This document shows, piece after piece, positions 23,041-36,275 of a DNA stretch of 64,000 nt. The stretch spans positions 215,886,001 to 215,950,000 of the forward strand of contig NC_086097.1 of assembly GCF_963921235.1 (NCBI RefSeq), in the 5' to 3' direction. Source of the stretch: Mobula hypostoma (Eukaryota). Within the stretch, counting starts at the first letter, position 1, and the number at the start of each line of letters is the position of its first letter. The translations under genes were made by a program, and so were the position numbers. The notes beneath the pieces are model-generated. The model was not told where the DNA came from, searched no databases, and saw only the letters and a program-made list of their open reading frames with translations.

Positions 23041-24049
23041 TGAATACTTTGCCCAGCATTTCTGAGTATGTGTAATATCACATCTGCTGGTAACTCAGTT
23101 GTGACCAGCATTCTGTAGAATTCTACATAGTTCTACATTTTTATTGTTTGTAGCCTATTAGACAGTGTATAAGCAGCAAAAACTGACAAAATATGTAATT
23201 AATGCAAATACAACAAATATATCACTTTGAAAAGCAAGACACGAAACAATTACTGCTAAAAGAACAGCTCTTATTGAAACCTGATCACAATATGGTTAAA
23301 CCTTTCATATAATTTTACTGGTAATTCATGTTATTGGAAATTACAGCATAGACAGGATTAGCAATATTTTTTAAATTTATGGTAATGTTAACTCAATGCA
23401 ATGCTTAATTTATATTTGATATTAATATATTGTCACAGCCATAAAGAACAATAGAACTTTCTGCTGAAAGCTCTTGTACCACTCCACACAGGCACACCAG
23501 AGGGGGAAGTGATTGAGTAAACATTGAGAGCCCAGATAGGCAAGCGTAAGGAATAGTGTCGAGTGCGTGGAGCTGCAGTGTGCTGGATTCAGTCGGAAGG
23601 ATCAATCTTACGTGCCTTCGTGTGACTTACAAAGATCATCAGATTTGGCAATGATGATGAGTCATACTACTGCCTTCAATTCTTATGCTTAATGAGCATT
23701 CCAGACTCACCCCAGAGACACCTTCAGAATCACCCACTTTGCTTTACAGAGCTGCATTTCGAATATAACTGTGACCATGAGAAAGTATCTCTGCATCAAA
23801 GATATTTTGATTCTAGTGTTGTTTTGCTCTGCAAACTCATACATAGGAAAAGCATCTTCTATTTTTCCAAAGCTTCCTGTACCAGATTATTCACTAAATT
23901 CACATTCCACCATCTGCTTACATTACTGGCAGTTTGTAACAACATTGCAGCATCTCATCAAGACTTCTTGGACACTACCTCCCAAAGCATTACGTTATGA
24001 CTGAAGTGTAATGGGAACTTCGCTTAAACATTGAAATCAAGCTTGCATG

Positions 24050-25355
24050 CTAGCAGCTTGTTCCACATTCTCATGACTCTCTGAGTGAAGAAGTTTTCCC
24101 TCATGTTCCCCTTAAACTTTTCACCTTTCACCCTTAACCCATGACCTCTAGTTGTAGTCCCCCGCAACCCAATGGAGAAGGTCTGCTTGCATTTACCCTA
24201 TCTACATCACTCATAATTTTGAATACCTCTATCAAATCTCCTCTCAATCTTCTATATTCCAAGGAACAACGTCCTAATCAATCTTTTCATATAACTCAGA
24301 TCCTCCAAACCCGGCAACATACTTGTAAATTTTCTTTGTACTCTGTCAACCTTTCCTGTAGGTTGGTCACCAAAACTGCACAAAATATTCCAAATCTGGC
24401 CTTGCCAATGTCTTATACAACTTCAGCATAACATCCTACCTCCTTTACTCAATACTCTGATTTATGAAGGTGATTGAGCCAAAAGCTTTCTTTATGACCC
24501 TATCAACAAGTGACGCTACTTTCAATGAATTATGGGCCTGTACTCCCAGCTCCTTTAGTTCTACCACACTTCTCGGTGCCCTATCATTCACTGTGTAAGA
24601 CCTTCCCTGGTTGGTCCTACTGAAGTGCAATGCATTGCATTTGTCCACTTTAAATTTATCTGCCATTTTTCAGCTCATTTTTCCAGCTGGTCCAGATCCC
24701 ACAGCAAGCCATGACAGTCTTCCTCACTGCCCACTACACCCCAGTCTTGGTGTCATTCAGAAATTTGCTGATCCAGTTAACCACAGTATCATCCAGATCA
24801 TTGATATGAATGACGAACAACAAGGGCCCCAGCACCATTCCCTGTGGCACTCCACTAATCACGCCCCCAGTCAGGGAGGAAACCATCTACTACCACTCTC
24901 TGGCATCTTCCATAAAGCCAATGTCTAATCCAATTTACTACCTTATCTTGAATGCCAAGCGACTGAACATTCTTGACCAGCATGCAGGACCTTGTCAAAT
25001 GTCTTGCTGAAGTCCATGTAGATAACATCCACTGCCTTGCCTTCATCAACTTTCCTGATAACTTCCTTGAAAAACTATATAAGATTGATTCGATGCACAA
25101 AGCCACGCTGTCTATCCTTAAGCGGTCCTTCTCTATCCAAATATATATCTGGTCCTTTAGAAAACCTCCCAATAGCTTTCCCACTAGCTCACAGACCTAT
25201 AATTTCCTTGTTCATTTATAGTGGAACATTGTTGGCTATCCTCCAATCCTCTGGCACCTCACCTCTCACTAGGGATTATTTCAATATCTCTGCTAGAGGT
25301 CAAGCAATTTCTGCACTTGCCTCCCGCAGGGTCCAGGGGAACACCTTGTCAGGAT
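24050..25355 (-). mobile_element. Decayed CR1 LINE fragment
   Basis: Remnant frames FKVDKCNALHFSRTNQGRSYTVN and LVKNVQSLGIQDKVVNWIRHWLYGRCQRVVVDG. Confidence 0.85.
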
Positions 25356-28300
25356 TCATTCCTGAGAATGAATTCATAAAATAAACTCTGGACATCAGTA
25401 ATCAGTACCAAAGGATTGCTGGTCCATGGAAATCACTACAGTAGTACATAATCCTGTATTAAGACACAGTACGGCATGGAATAAGCCTTTCTGGCCCTTT
25501 GAGGTGCCCCACAGGAATTAACCCTAACCTAATCACGGGACAATCTACAAAGACCAATTAAGACCATAAGATACAGAGCAGAATTAGGCCATTTGGATCA
25601 ATGAGTCTGCTCTGCCATTTCATCACAGTTGATCCATTTTCCCTCTCAGCCCCAATCTCCTGCCTTCTCCCCATATCCCTTCATGCCCTGACTAATCAAG
25701 AATCTATCAACTTCTGCCTTAATATACTCAATGACTTGACCCCCACAGCTGCCCGTGGCAACAAATTCCACAAATTCACCACTCTCTAACTAAGGAAACT
25801 TCTCCTCATCTCTGTTCTAAAAGGATGCCCTCTATTCTGAGGCTATCTCCTCTAGTCTTAGACTCTCTCACCATAGGACCCATCCTCTCCATATCCACTC
25901 CATCGAAGCCTTTAAACATTCAGTAGGGTTCAATAAGGTCAGACCTCATTCTTCTGAGTTCCAGTGAGAACAGGACAAGAGCCATCAAATGCTCCTCATA
26001 TGATGCCTTTCAATCCTGGAGTCATTTTCGTTAACCTCCTTTAAACCCTCTCCAATGCCAGCACATTCTTTCTTAGAGAAGAGGACAAAACAGCTCACAA
26101 TACTCCAGCTGATGCCTCACCAGTGCCTTATAAAACCTCAACACTATATCTTTGCTTTTATATTCTAGTCTGCTCAAAATAAATGCTAACATTGCATTTG
26201 CCTTCCTCACCACCAACTCAACCTACAAATTAACCTTTAGGGAATCCTGCACGAGGACTCCAAAGTCCCTTTGCACCTCAGAGTTTTGAATTTTCTCTCC
26301 ATCTGGAAAATAGTCTCCGCTTTTATTTCTTCTATCAAAATGCATGACCATATATTCCCAGCACCATATTCCAACTGCCACTTTCTTGGCCATTTTCCTA
26401 ATTTGTCTAAGTCCTTCTGCAGCCTCTCTGCTTCCTTAACATTATATGCCTTTTTGTATTTTCCTCAAACTTGGCCACAAAGCCATTAATTTCACCATCC
26501 AGATCATTGACGTATAATGTAAAAAGAAGCGTTCCCAACACAGACCCCTGTGGAAAACCACTAGTCACTGGCAGCCAACAAGAAAAGGTTCCTTTTATTT
26601 CCACTCTTTGCCTCCTGATAATCAACTAATGCCCTATTCATGCTAGTATTTTTCCTGAAATACCATAGGTTCTTACCTTGTTAAGCAGCCTCATGTGTGG
26701 CACTTTGTCTATCCTGCATGTTATTTCTTCAAAGAATTCCAACAGGCAAGATTTTACCTCAAGGAAACCATGCTGACTTTGGTCTATTTTATCATCTGTC
26801 CCTGGTTACTCCAAAACCACATCCATAACAATCGACTCCAACATCTTCTCAACCACTGAGGTCACACTAACAGGCCTATAACTTCCTTTCTTCTGCCTCT
26901 CTCCCTTCTTGAAGAGTAGAATGACATCTGAAATTTTCCAGTCTTCCAGAACCATTCCAGAATCTGGGGATTCTTGAAATATCATTACTATTCTTGAAAT
27001 ATCATCTCTATGATCTCTTCAGCCACCTCTTTCAGAACTCTGGGGTGTACACCATCTGCTCTAGATGACTTCAGACCCTTCAGTTTCCTAAGAATCTTCT
27101 TTCGAATAATGGTAACTTCACATGCTCCAGCACCGCTGACACCTGGAACTTTCACCATACTCCACAGTGAAGACTGATGCAAAATACTTATTCAGTTCAT
27201 CTGCCATTTCCCTGTCCCACATTACTCCCTCTCCAGCATCACTTTCCGGCGGTCTGATATCTACTCTCACCTCTCTTTTATATTTTATATAGCTGAAGAA
27301 ACTTTTGATATTTCCTTTAATATTATTAATACCTTCATATTCCAGCTTTTCCTTCTTCACAACTTTTGCAGTTGTCTTCTGTTTGTTTTTAAAAGCTTCC
27401 CAGCTCTGTAGCTTCCCACTAATTTTTGCTCTATCATATGCCCTTTGTCATTTACGTTGGCGTTGACTTCTCTTGTCAGCCGTCGTGGTATCATCCTGCC
27501 CTTAGAATACTTCTTTGGGATGTATCTATCCTATGCCCTCCAAATTTCTCCCAGTAATCGCTGCTAGTGTTCCCTTCCAATTAATTTTGGCTAGCTCCAC
27601 TCTCATGACTCTATAATTTCCTTTATTCCACTCTGATTCTGATACATCTGACTTTAGCTTCTACTTCTCGAATCGCAGGGTGAAATCTATCATATTATGA
27701 TCACTTTTCCCTAGGGTAACTTTACCTTAAGCTCTCTAATCAATTCTGGTTCACTGCACAACATCCAATCCAGTATAGTCGATCCCCTGTTGGGCACAAC
27801 CATGAGCTGCTCTAAAAAGCCATCTTGTAGGCATTCTACAATTCTCTCTTGGGAACCAGCACCAAGCTGATTTTCCAAGTCCACCTGTATATTTAAATTC
27901 CTCCTTGACTATCTTAACATTCCCCTTTTGACTTGAATTTTCTATCTCCCATTGTAATTTAAAGACCACATCTTTGCTACTGTTTGGAGGTCTGTATACA
28001 GAATAGCTCCCATCAGGAAATTTTTATCCTTGCAGTTTCTGAACTCTACCCACAACAATTCTTACATCTTCTGATCCTATGTCACCTTTTTGTAATGATT
28101 TTTACCAATAGAGGCATGCCACACCTCCATTGTATCTTTGGATGTTAAGCTCCCAGCTATGATCTTCTTTCAGCCATGCTTCAGTGATGGCCACAATGTC
28201 ATACATAGCAATCTGTAAGTGTGCCAAAAGTTCACCTGACTTATTCCATATACCTGACCCTGGTGCCTTTGAGGAATTATACCTCCAGGTGTCTCTATCG

Positions 28301-28704
28301 CATCCATAGGATCTCATCTCTATTCCTCTAACTATGGAATTTCCTATCACTACTGCAGTCCTCTTCACTTCTCTTCTCTTCTGAGCCACAGCGTCAGACA
28401 TGATGCCAGAGACCCAGTGGCTGCAGCTCTCCATCAACAGTATCCAAAGTGGTATATTTATTATTGGGAGGAACAGTCACTGGGGTACTCTGCATTGGCT
28501 GCCAAGTCCCTTCCTTCTCCTGTCACCCTGTTATCTGCCTCCTGCAACCGAGGTGTGACTACCTCCCTATAGCTCCTATCTGCCACATCCCAAGTCTCCT
28601 GTATGAGCTAATGTCAGAGAGCAGCTCCAGTTCATTAACACACTCTCTGAGGAGCTGCAGCTTGGTGCATCTGGTGTAGCCTGGAAGTCTCCCTGAATTC
28701 CCAC

Positions 28705-28825
28705 ATATAACCATATAACAATTACAGCACAGAAACAGGCCATCTCAGCCCTTCTAGTCCATGCCAAACGCTTACTCTCACCTAGTCCCACCGACCTGCA
28801 CTCAGCCCATAACCCTCCATTCCTT
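28705..28825 (-). mobile_element. CR1 3'-tail insertion (~120 bp)
   Basis: atataaccatataacaattacagcacagaaacaggccatctc..., the reverse complement of 29215-29338. Confidence 0.8.
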
Positions 28826-29139
28826 AACATCTCACGATCAGAACAAAACACTGCCCCTGGAGCCATTTTCACTGCACTAACTGTACCTGACAGATGAGGA
28901 ATGAAGAATAAAGAAGAAACTTAGCAGACATTTACCTCGCCTAAGCATAAACTCACGGAAGCAGGATGAGTCACGGCCATTCCAGTGCCAGCGCACTCAC
29001 ACAATAGCCGCTCCACTTGCCCTTGCCATATTTTTATTCACACTTTCTAATGGATATCTTCGCTGACTGGGTGCAGTCCAACTCCGAAAACTGCTACGAA
29101 GCACTGACTTTTTTAATCTTCAACCACAAACTGTGTGGA

Positions 29140-29340
29140 ACGAGCTTCCAGCAGAAGTGGTAGAGGCAGGTTCAATATTGTCATTTAAAGTAAAATTGGA
29201 TAGCTATATGGACAGGAAAGGAATGGAGGGTTATGGGCTCAGTGCAGGTTGGTGGGACTAGGAGAGAGTAAGCGTTCGGCATGGAATAGGAGGGCCGAGA
29301 TGGCCTGTTTCCTTGCTGTAATTGTTATATGGTTATATTT
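29140..29340 (+). mobile_element. CR1 3'-end insertion (~200 bp)
   Basis: gagcttccagcagaagtggtagaggcagg...ggagggttatgggc...ggcctgtttccttgctgtaattgttatatggttatat. Confidence 0.8.
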
Positions 29341-29394
29341 ATATGCTTAAACCTAGGTGAAATCGCCACTTCTTGTGCTCCAGCTCACTGACTG

Positions 29395-29580
29395 GGCACA
29401 GTCCAACTTCCTACCAACCCACCAGCAGAACATCTTTTGACTGTGGGAGGAAACAGGATCACCCGGAGGAAACACACACATCCCCAGGGAGAACATAAAC
29501 ATTCCTTGCCAGGCAGAGGCAGGAATTGAACCCAGGTCGCTGGTACTGTAAGGTGTTGTGGTAACATTGCCACCCCAACA
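29395..29580 (-). mobile_element. tRNA-derived V-domain SINE (HE1-like)
   Basis: Minus strand B-box gggttcaattcc, followed by the V-domain tgtttatgttctccctggggatgtgtgtgtttcctccgggtgatcctgtttcctcccacagtcaaaagatg. Confidence 0.75.
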
Positions 29581-29811
29581 TTGACTACACTTCCATCGTT
29601 AACAATAGTCATTTTAAAACACAGGGATCCACTTGTAATTTGATAGGAAGTGAGTGTTTTAGTTCAGTAACAACAATTTTTCATACATTAACATTCTAGG
29701 TCTGGCCCCAGGAAAAGGAGAAGTGTTCATCCAAGAGGTTTAATGTTTCACATGCTGTTCACTGTAGCAGTGTATAAAAGGTTGTATGAAAAACAAAACG
29801 AAGAGCAATCC

Positions 29812-30819
29812 CATGGAAAAGAGTAAACAGTCAACATTTAGGGCTGAGACTCTTCGGGACTGGAGAAAAAAAAAGAGGTCAGAGTAAGAAGGTGGGGGGA
29901 GGGGAGGGAGAAATACAAAGTAGTAGGTGATAGGTGAAACTGGGAGGGCGAGGGAGTGAAGTACAGAGCTGTGAAGTCGATTGGTGAAAGGAATAAAGGG
30001 CTGGAGAAGGGGGAATCTGTTAGGAAAGGACAGAAGGCCTTGGAAGAAGGGGAAGGGGGAGGAGCACCAGAGGGAGGTGATGGGCAGGTAAAGAGATAAG
30101 GTGAGAGAGGGAAATGGTGAAGGGGGGGGGGATTACCAGAAGTTCAACAAATCAATTTTCATTCTATCAGGATGGAGGCTACCTAGACAGAATGTAAGGT
30201 ATTTCTCCTCCAAACTGAGTGTGGCTCATCACAGCAATAGTCCTATCAGTCCTTGGACTCCTCTACTGCCACAATGAGGCAACACTCAGGTTGGAGGAGC
30301 AAAATCTTATACTCCATCTGGGTAGTCTCCAGCGTAATGGCATGAGCATTGATTTCTCGAACCTCCGGTAATGGCGCCCCCGCCCCCCCATCTCCTTCAC
30401 CATTCCTCATTCCCAGTGCCCTCTCTTACCTTATCTCCTTACCTGCCCATCATCCTCTCCCTGGTCCTTCTCCCCCTTTTCTTCCTTTTCTTTCTTCCAT
30501 GGCCTTCTGTCTTCTCCTACCAGATTCTCTCTTCTCCAGCCCTTTATCTCTTTCACCAACCAACTTCCCAGCTCTTTACTTCACACCTCCCCTCTCCCAG
30601 TTTCACCTATCACCCACTACCTTGTATCTCTTCCTCCCCTCCCCCCAGCTTCTCACTCTGATTTCCCATCTTTCACCTCCAGTCCTGATGAAGGGTCACA
30701 GCCTGAAATGTCAACTGTTTACTCCCTTCCATAGATACTGCCTGGCTTGCTGAGTTCCTCCGGCATTTTGTGTGTGTGTTGCCTGGATTTCCAGCATCTG
30801 AAGATTTTCTCTTGTTTGC
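29812..30819. mobile_element. ~1-kb fold-back Penelope-like element (two inverted 3' ends)
   Basis: 29812-~30235 is the reverse complement of ~30270-30733. A GIY-YIG C-terminal remnant (NEATLRLEEQNLILHLGSLQ) lies at the centre. Hammerhead motif agtcctgatgaagggtcacagcctgaaatgtcaact at 30681-30716. TSD agagcaatcc at 29802-29811 and 30820-30829. Confidence 0.88.
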
Positions 30820-31434
30820 AGAGCAATCCTGTGCGCATTTAATCACTAGATTCTAAGATGCCTAAATGGAACATACACTGCCAATGCAGAGCAGTATCTG
30901 GAGTAGGGGCAAGGAAAAAAACTACTCAGTGTAATCAACGTGAAATATGAACACTAATCCCCAATATCTTATCTTTTATACTTTCATCAGCAAATTAAAT
31001 CTTACACATTGTCGGGGAAATCTGGCATTGCTGAGATTGAAAGAACCATTTCAGTAAAGGAGTTGCTGGCTTTGTTTGCATCAGCAGCATTTTGCTTTTT
31101 CAAGAAACAATCCATAGTGGGTGACTGTCGAGGACAGAGCACAGGACCACGCTCTTGGTTGGACACGGCCAGATCAGGAAAAGGCCAGTTTAGTTGCATC
31201 TTCACCCACTATCTGCTTTGCTCATCACCCAGTCCCCTCTCCCCTCACTCCAAACCTACTCCACTTCTGACATTCAGACCCGCACCACAGCTGTGCAGTG
31301 CTCTTAAACCAGGTGATTAACATCTAATTACAGGCCATGTTAGGATGATCCGCACTTGGGTGCTCCAAACCACCAACAACAACCCTTGCTCCACCACATC
31401 CTTAAAGTTAGCAGCTCATATATTGCTCCACTTC

Positions 31435-31680
31435 CCAACGGTCAGGATGACCACTGTATAGGTTTAGCTTGTGCTGTCCCTCAAAACTGAACAATAAGCT
31501 TCAAAACCTCAGCTTCAATACCTCCTTGTGTAATTGGATCCTCAATTTCCTTGCTTGTAGTCCGCAGTCACTTCGGATTGGCAATGACGTCTCCTGCACA
31601 ATCTCTGTCAACACAGGTGCACCAGAAAGTCGAGTGCTTAGCCCCCACTCCCATCGCTTTACACTCACCATATGTGTAAC
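31435..31680 (+). mobile_element. Rex1/Babar-like RT fragment
   Basis: Encodes KLQNLSFNTSLCNWILNFL...RIGNDVSCTISVNTGAPESRVLSP. Confidence 0.7.
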
Positions 31681-32089
31681 AAATAGGAATTGTATAAAGA
31701 TGATGAAATAATTGTAATCATATATGGTTAAACACACCAGTTATGATAAAATCCTATACAGTGAATGAAGCTTCATTGTTAAGTGGATAGATTTTGAATC
31801 ATTTTTTCCTATTTTTAAGGAAGATCAATGATCTTTCACCAGAATGGAACTGTTAAAGTTCAAATTTTTTAGTGATTGCATATCCACAGACCCAAGCAAC
31901 AGCCTCATTTGTTGAGTTCAGTGTTATTGCATAGATCCAGAACTTGATGGGAGAACATTTTAACCCTAATGTCTCCACAATTGTGAAAGGGATTAATCAT
32001 CACCACCAGTTATGAAAACTGGGTGCAGTTAGACCTTATCCCAAGCTAAATCTGATCAATATGGCTCCTTCTAAACCTATTAAGAGAAT

Positions 32090-32827
32090 CACACACAAAA
32101 TTCTGGTGGAACTCAGCAAGTCAGGCCACATATCGAAGTATTGAGTATAAGAGCTGGAATGTTATGATGAGGTTGTATAAGGCATTGGTGAGGCTGAATC
32201 TGGAGTATTGTGTTCAGTTTTGGTCACCAAATTACAGGAAGGATATAAATAAGGTTGAAAGAGTGCAGAGAAGGTTTACAAGGATGTTGCCAGGACTTGA
32301 GAAACTCAGTTACAGAGAAAGGTTGAATAGGTTAGGACTTCATTCCCTGGAGCGTAGAAGAATGAGGGGAGATTTGATAGAGGTATATAAAATTATGATG
32401 GGTATAGATAGAGTGAATGCAAGCAGGCTTTTTCCACTGAGGCAAGGGGAGAAAAAAACCAGAGGACATGGGTTAAGGGTGAGGGGGGAAAAGTTTAAAG
32501 GGAACATCGGGGGGGCTTCTTCACACAGAGAGTGGTGGGAGTATGGAATGAGCTGCCAGACGAGGTGGTAAATGCAGGTTCTTTTTTAACATTTAAGAAT
32601 AAATTGGACAGATACATGGATGGGAGGTGTATGGAGGGATATGGTCCGTGTGCAGGTCAGTGGGACTAGGCAGAAAATGGTTCGGCACAGCCAAGAAGGG
32701 CCAAAAGGCCTGTTTCTGTGCTGTAGTTTCTATGGTTCGATGGTTCTATATAAGGAGGAGAATTAGTTGAAGTTTCGGGCTGAAACACTACATCAGGGCT
32801 TGAAATGATGGATCAGAAGCCAGAAAT
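32090..32827 (-). mobile_element. Short Penelope-derived hammerhead-tail insertion split by a CR1
   Basis: Halves 32090-32133 and ~32747-32827 rejoin into the family consensus. TSD ctattaagagaat (32077-32089) / ctcttaagagaat (32828-32840). Confidence 0.75.
32134..32748 (+). mobile_element. 5'-truncated CR1 LINE 3' end
   Basis: Encodes LYKALVRLNLEYCVQFWSPNYRKDINKVERVQRRFTRM; (ttctatgg)n-like tail. Confidence 0.92.
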
Positions 32828-32906
32828 CTCTTAAGAGAATTTGTTCTTTCTCTCAGTTCCTATTTCCTTTCTCAAAAAAAACATACAGAGACATACCGTA
32901 TATGGT

Positions 32907-35408
32907 ATAGAAACATAGAAAATAGGTGCAGGAGTAGGCCATTCGGCCCTTGGAGCCTGCACCGCCATTCAGTATGATCATGGCTGATCATCCAACTCAG
33001 AACCCCGCCCCAGCCTTCCCTCCATACCTCCTGACCCCCGTAGCCACAAGGGCCATATCTAACTCCCTCTTAAATATAGCCAATGAACTGGCCTCAACTG
33101 TTTCCTGTGGCAGAGAATTCCACAGATTCACCACTCTCTGTGTGAAGAAGTTTTTCCTAATCTCAGTCCTAAAAGGCTTCCCCTCTATCCACAAACTGTG
33201 GCCCCTCGTTCTGGACTTCCCCAACATCGGGAACAATCTTCCTGCATCTAGCCTGTCCAATCCCTTTAGGATCTTATACGTTTCAATCAGATCCCCCCTC
33301 AATCTTCTAAATTCCAACGAGTACAAGCCCAGTTCATCCAGTCTTTCTTCATATGAAAGTCCTGCCATCCCAGGAATCAATCTGGTGAACCTTCTTTGTA
33401 CTCCCTCTATGGCAAGGATGTCTTTCCTCAGATTAGGGGACCAAAACTGCACACAATACTCCAGGTGTGGTCTCACCAAGGCCTTGTACAACTGCAGTAG
33501 TACCTCCCTGCTCCTGTACTTGAATCCTCTCGCTATAAATGCCAGCATACCATTCGCCTTTTTCACCGCCTGCTGTACCTGCATGCCCACTTTCAATGAC
33601 TGGTGTATAATGACACCCAGGTCTCGTTGCACCTCCCCTTTTCCTAATCGGCCACCATTCAGATAATAATCTGTTTTCCTATTTTTGCCACCAAAGTGGA
33701 TAACTTCACATTTATCCACATTAAATTGCATCTGCCATGAATTTGCCCACTCACCTAACCTATCCAAGTCACCCTGCATCCTCTTAGCATCCTCCTCACA
33801 GCTAACACTGCCGCCCAGCTTCGTGTAATCCGCAAACTTGGAGATGCTGCATTTAATTCCCTCATCCAAGTTATTAATATATATTGTAAACAACTGGGGT
33901 CCCAGCACTGAGCCTTGCGGTACCCCACTAGTCACCGCCTGCCATTCTGAAAAGGTCCCATTTATTCCCACTCTTTGCTTCCTGTCTGCTAACCAATTCT
34001 CCACCCACACCAATACCTTACCCCCAATACCGTGTGCTTTCAGTTTGCACACTAATCTCCTGTGTGGGACCTTGTCAAAAGCCTTTTGAAAATCCAAATA
34101 TACCACATCCACTGGTTCTCCCCTATCCACTCTACTAGTTCCATCCTCAAAAAATTCTATGAGATTCGTCAGACATGATTTTCCTTTCACAAGTCCATGC
34201 TGACTTTGTCCGATCATTTCACCGCTTTCCAAATGCGCTGTTATCACATCCTTGATAACTGACTCCAGCAGTTTCCCCACCACCGACGTTAGGCTAACCG
34301 GTCTATAATTCCCCGGTTTCTCTCTCCCTCCTTTTTTAAAAAGTGGAGTTACATTAGCCACCCTCCAATCCTCAGGAACTAGTCCAGAATCTAACGAGTT
34401 TTGAAAAATTATCACTAATGCATCCACTGTTTCTTGGGCTACTTCCTTAAGCACTCTAGGATGCAGACCATCTGGCCCTGGGGATTTATCTGCCTTCAAT
34501 CCCTTCAATTTACCTAACACCACTTCCCTACTAACATGTATTTCGCTCAGTTCCTCCATCTCACTGGACCCTCTGTCCCCTACTATTTCTGGAAGATTAT
34601 TTATGTCCTCCTTAGTGAAGACAGAACCAAAGTAATTATTCAATTGGTCTGCCATGTCCGTGCTCCCGATAATCAATTCACCTGTTTCTGTCTGCAGGGG
34701 ACCTACATTTGTCTTTACCAGTCTTTTCCTTTTTACATATCTATAAAAGCTTTTACAGTCAGTTTTTATGGTCCCTGCCAGTTTTCTCTCATAATCTTTT
34801 TTCCCCTTCCTAATTAAGCCCTTTGTCCTCCTCTGCTGAACTCTGAATTTCTCCCAGTCCTCAGGTGAACCACTTTCTCTGGCTAATTTGTATGCTTCTT
34901 CTTTGGAATTGATACTATCACTAATTTCTCTTGTCAGCCACGGGTGCACTACCTTCCTTGATTTATTCTTTTGCCAAACTGGGATGAACAATTGTTGTAG
35001 TTCATCCATGCAACCTTTAAATGCTTGCCATTGCATATCCACCGTCAATCCTTTAAGTGTCATTTGCCAGTCTATCTTAGCTAATTCACGTCTCATACCT
35101 TCAAAGTTACCCCTCTTTAAGTTCAGAACCTTTGTTTCTGAATTAACTATGTCACTCTCCAACTTAATGAAGAATTCCACCATATTATGGTCACTCTTAC
35201 CCAAAGGGCCTCTCACAACAAGATCGCTAATTAACCCTTCCTCATTGCTCAAAACCCAGTCCAGAATAGCCTGCTCTCTAGTTGGTTCCTTGACATGTTG
35301 GTTCAAAAAACCATCCAGCATACATTCCAAGAAATCCTCTTCCTCAGCACCTTTACCAATTTGGTTCACCCAATCTACATGTAGATTGAAGTCACCCATT
35401 ATAACTGC
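32907..35408 (-). mobile_element. Young 5'-truncated CR1 LINE with an uninterrupted partial ORF2 (APE C-terminal half plus RT)
   Basis: 817-codon open frame with IMGDFN, GKSDH, KSPGPDG, YLDFQKAFDKVPH, GVPQGSVLGP and FADY (canonical FADD); (tttctatg)n tail. Confidence 0.96.
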
Positions 35409-36224
35409 ATTATATATGTAAAGCTGTGCTAACTCTCCTCTTGGAAGCATCTAGCTTCTTTTTGGGAACCATGGTGATTCTCCTAGCAGAATGAATGCTT
35501 GGACCATCCATATAATTCCATGAGAATCCCTCATAGTTCATTGAGAGTTCCCTTTTTTCTCAAAGACATACCCTGATGATATATTTTCTAGCAGTAGGAC
35601 ATGCTTCTGAACTATGAAAGTCATTGTTGAAGATTAGTCATGTGTAATACTACTGAATCAGCTCATTTTGAAGGCAGGGAGAATTAGAGGCAGTGTAGGA
35701 TGGGCATTTTAAATAAAGTAGAGAAGAGGGAAGATAGGTGATCCGGTGAAAGGCAGGTAAGAAAGGGGATGATAGTTACAGCCAAAATGAGATGATAAAG
35801 AAAACAAGAAGAGGAATACAGGACATGGATCGGGAAATGGGAATAGCAGAATTATTACCAAGAAATGTCGAAAATCAGGGCAATGGTTATGATATGAAGT
35901 TGACTGAGTGTAATAAAATAATCAGATTTATTGATAGTCTTGGGATAGCATCCAAGAGAAAAGAATAGGAAAAGTTTAGACAGAAGGAGACTAGACTGAG
36001 CAAGTGGAGTAGAAAATGAAATATCTGTTGTTACAATGGCAATGCAAAAAAATAAAGCTGGTCAGAAACTGTGACAGGACAGGAATTCTGAAGACAGGTT
36101 TAAGAGTCTCAGCCAAATTACGTACAAAGACAAAGGCAATCAAAGAAGGTCATGGCTTCATGCTAAGCTATAAGTATGAGGAGTGAGGGGAGGAGAAAGA
36201 GTACTTAATGGTATGAATTAGACG

Positions 36225-36275
36225 CAGTAGTTCCCAAACTTTTTTATACTATGGACCCCAGGTTGGGAAGCCCTG
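36225..36275. mobile_element. 51-bp hAT (Charlie-like) MITE remnant
   Basis: TIRs CAGTAGTTCCCAAACT / (reverse complement) CAGGGCTTCCCAACCT, flanked by aattagac(g) and aattagag. Confidence 0.65.

Larger units (their letters stand above)
25560..29385 (-). mobile_element. Near full-length, decayed and internally deleted CR1 LINE
   Basis: 3' tail at ~25560. RT remnants (VTSGFPQGSVLG; DGVHPRVLKEVAEEI), APE start (YDIVAITEAWL) and ORF1 esterase start (AVVIGNSIVRG). Interrupted by two younger CR1 tails. The 5' boundary is approximate. Confidence 0.85.

Noticed and set aside
31000..31430. 103-aa ORF and purine/pyrimidine-skewed sequence (similar skew at ~35600-36200)
   Set aside because: No recognisable domain or splice pattern; possibly ancient LINE remnants, but not assignable by eye.
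32950..35421. Plus-strand ORFs of 238 aa and 177 aa
   Set aside because: Antisense shadows of the CR1 ORF2.
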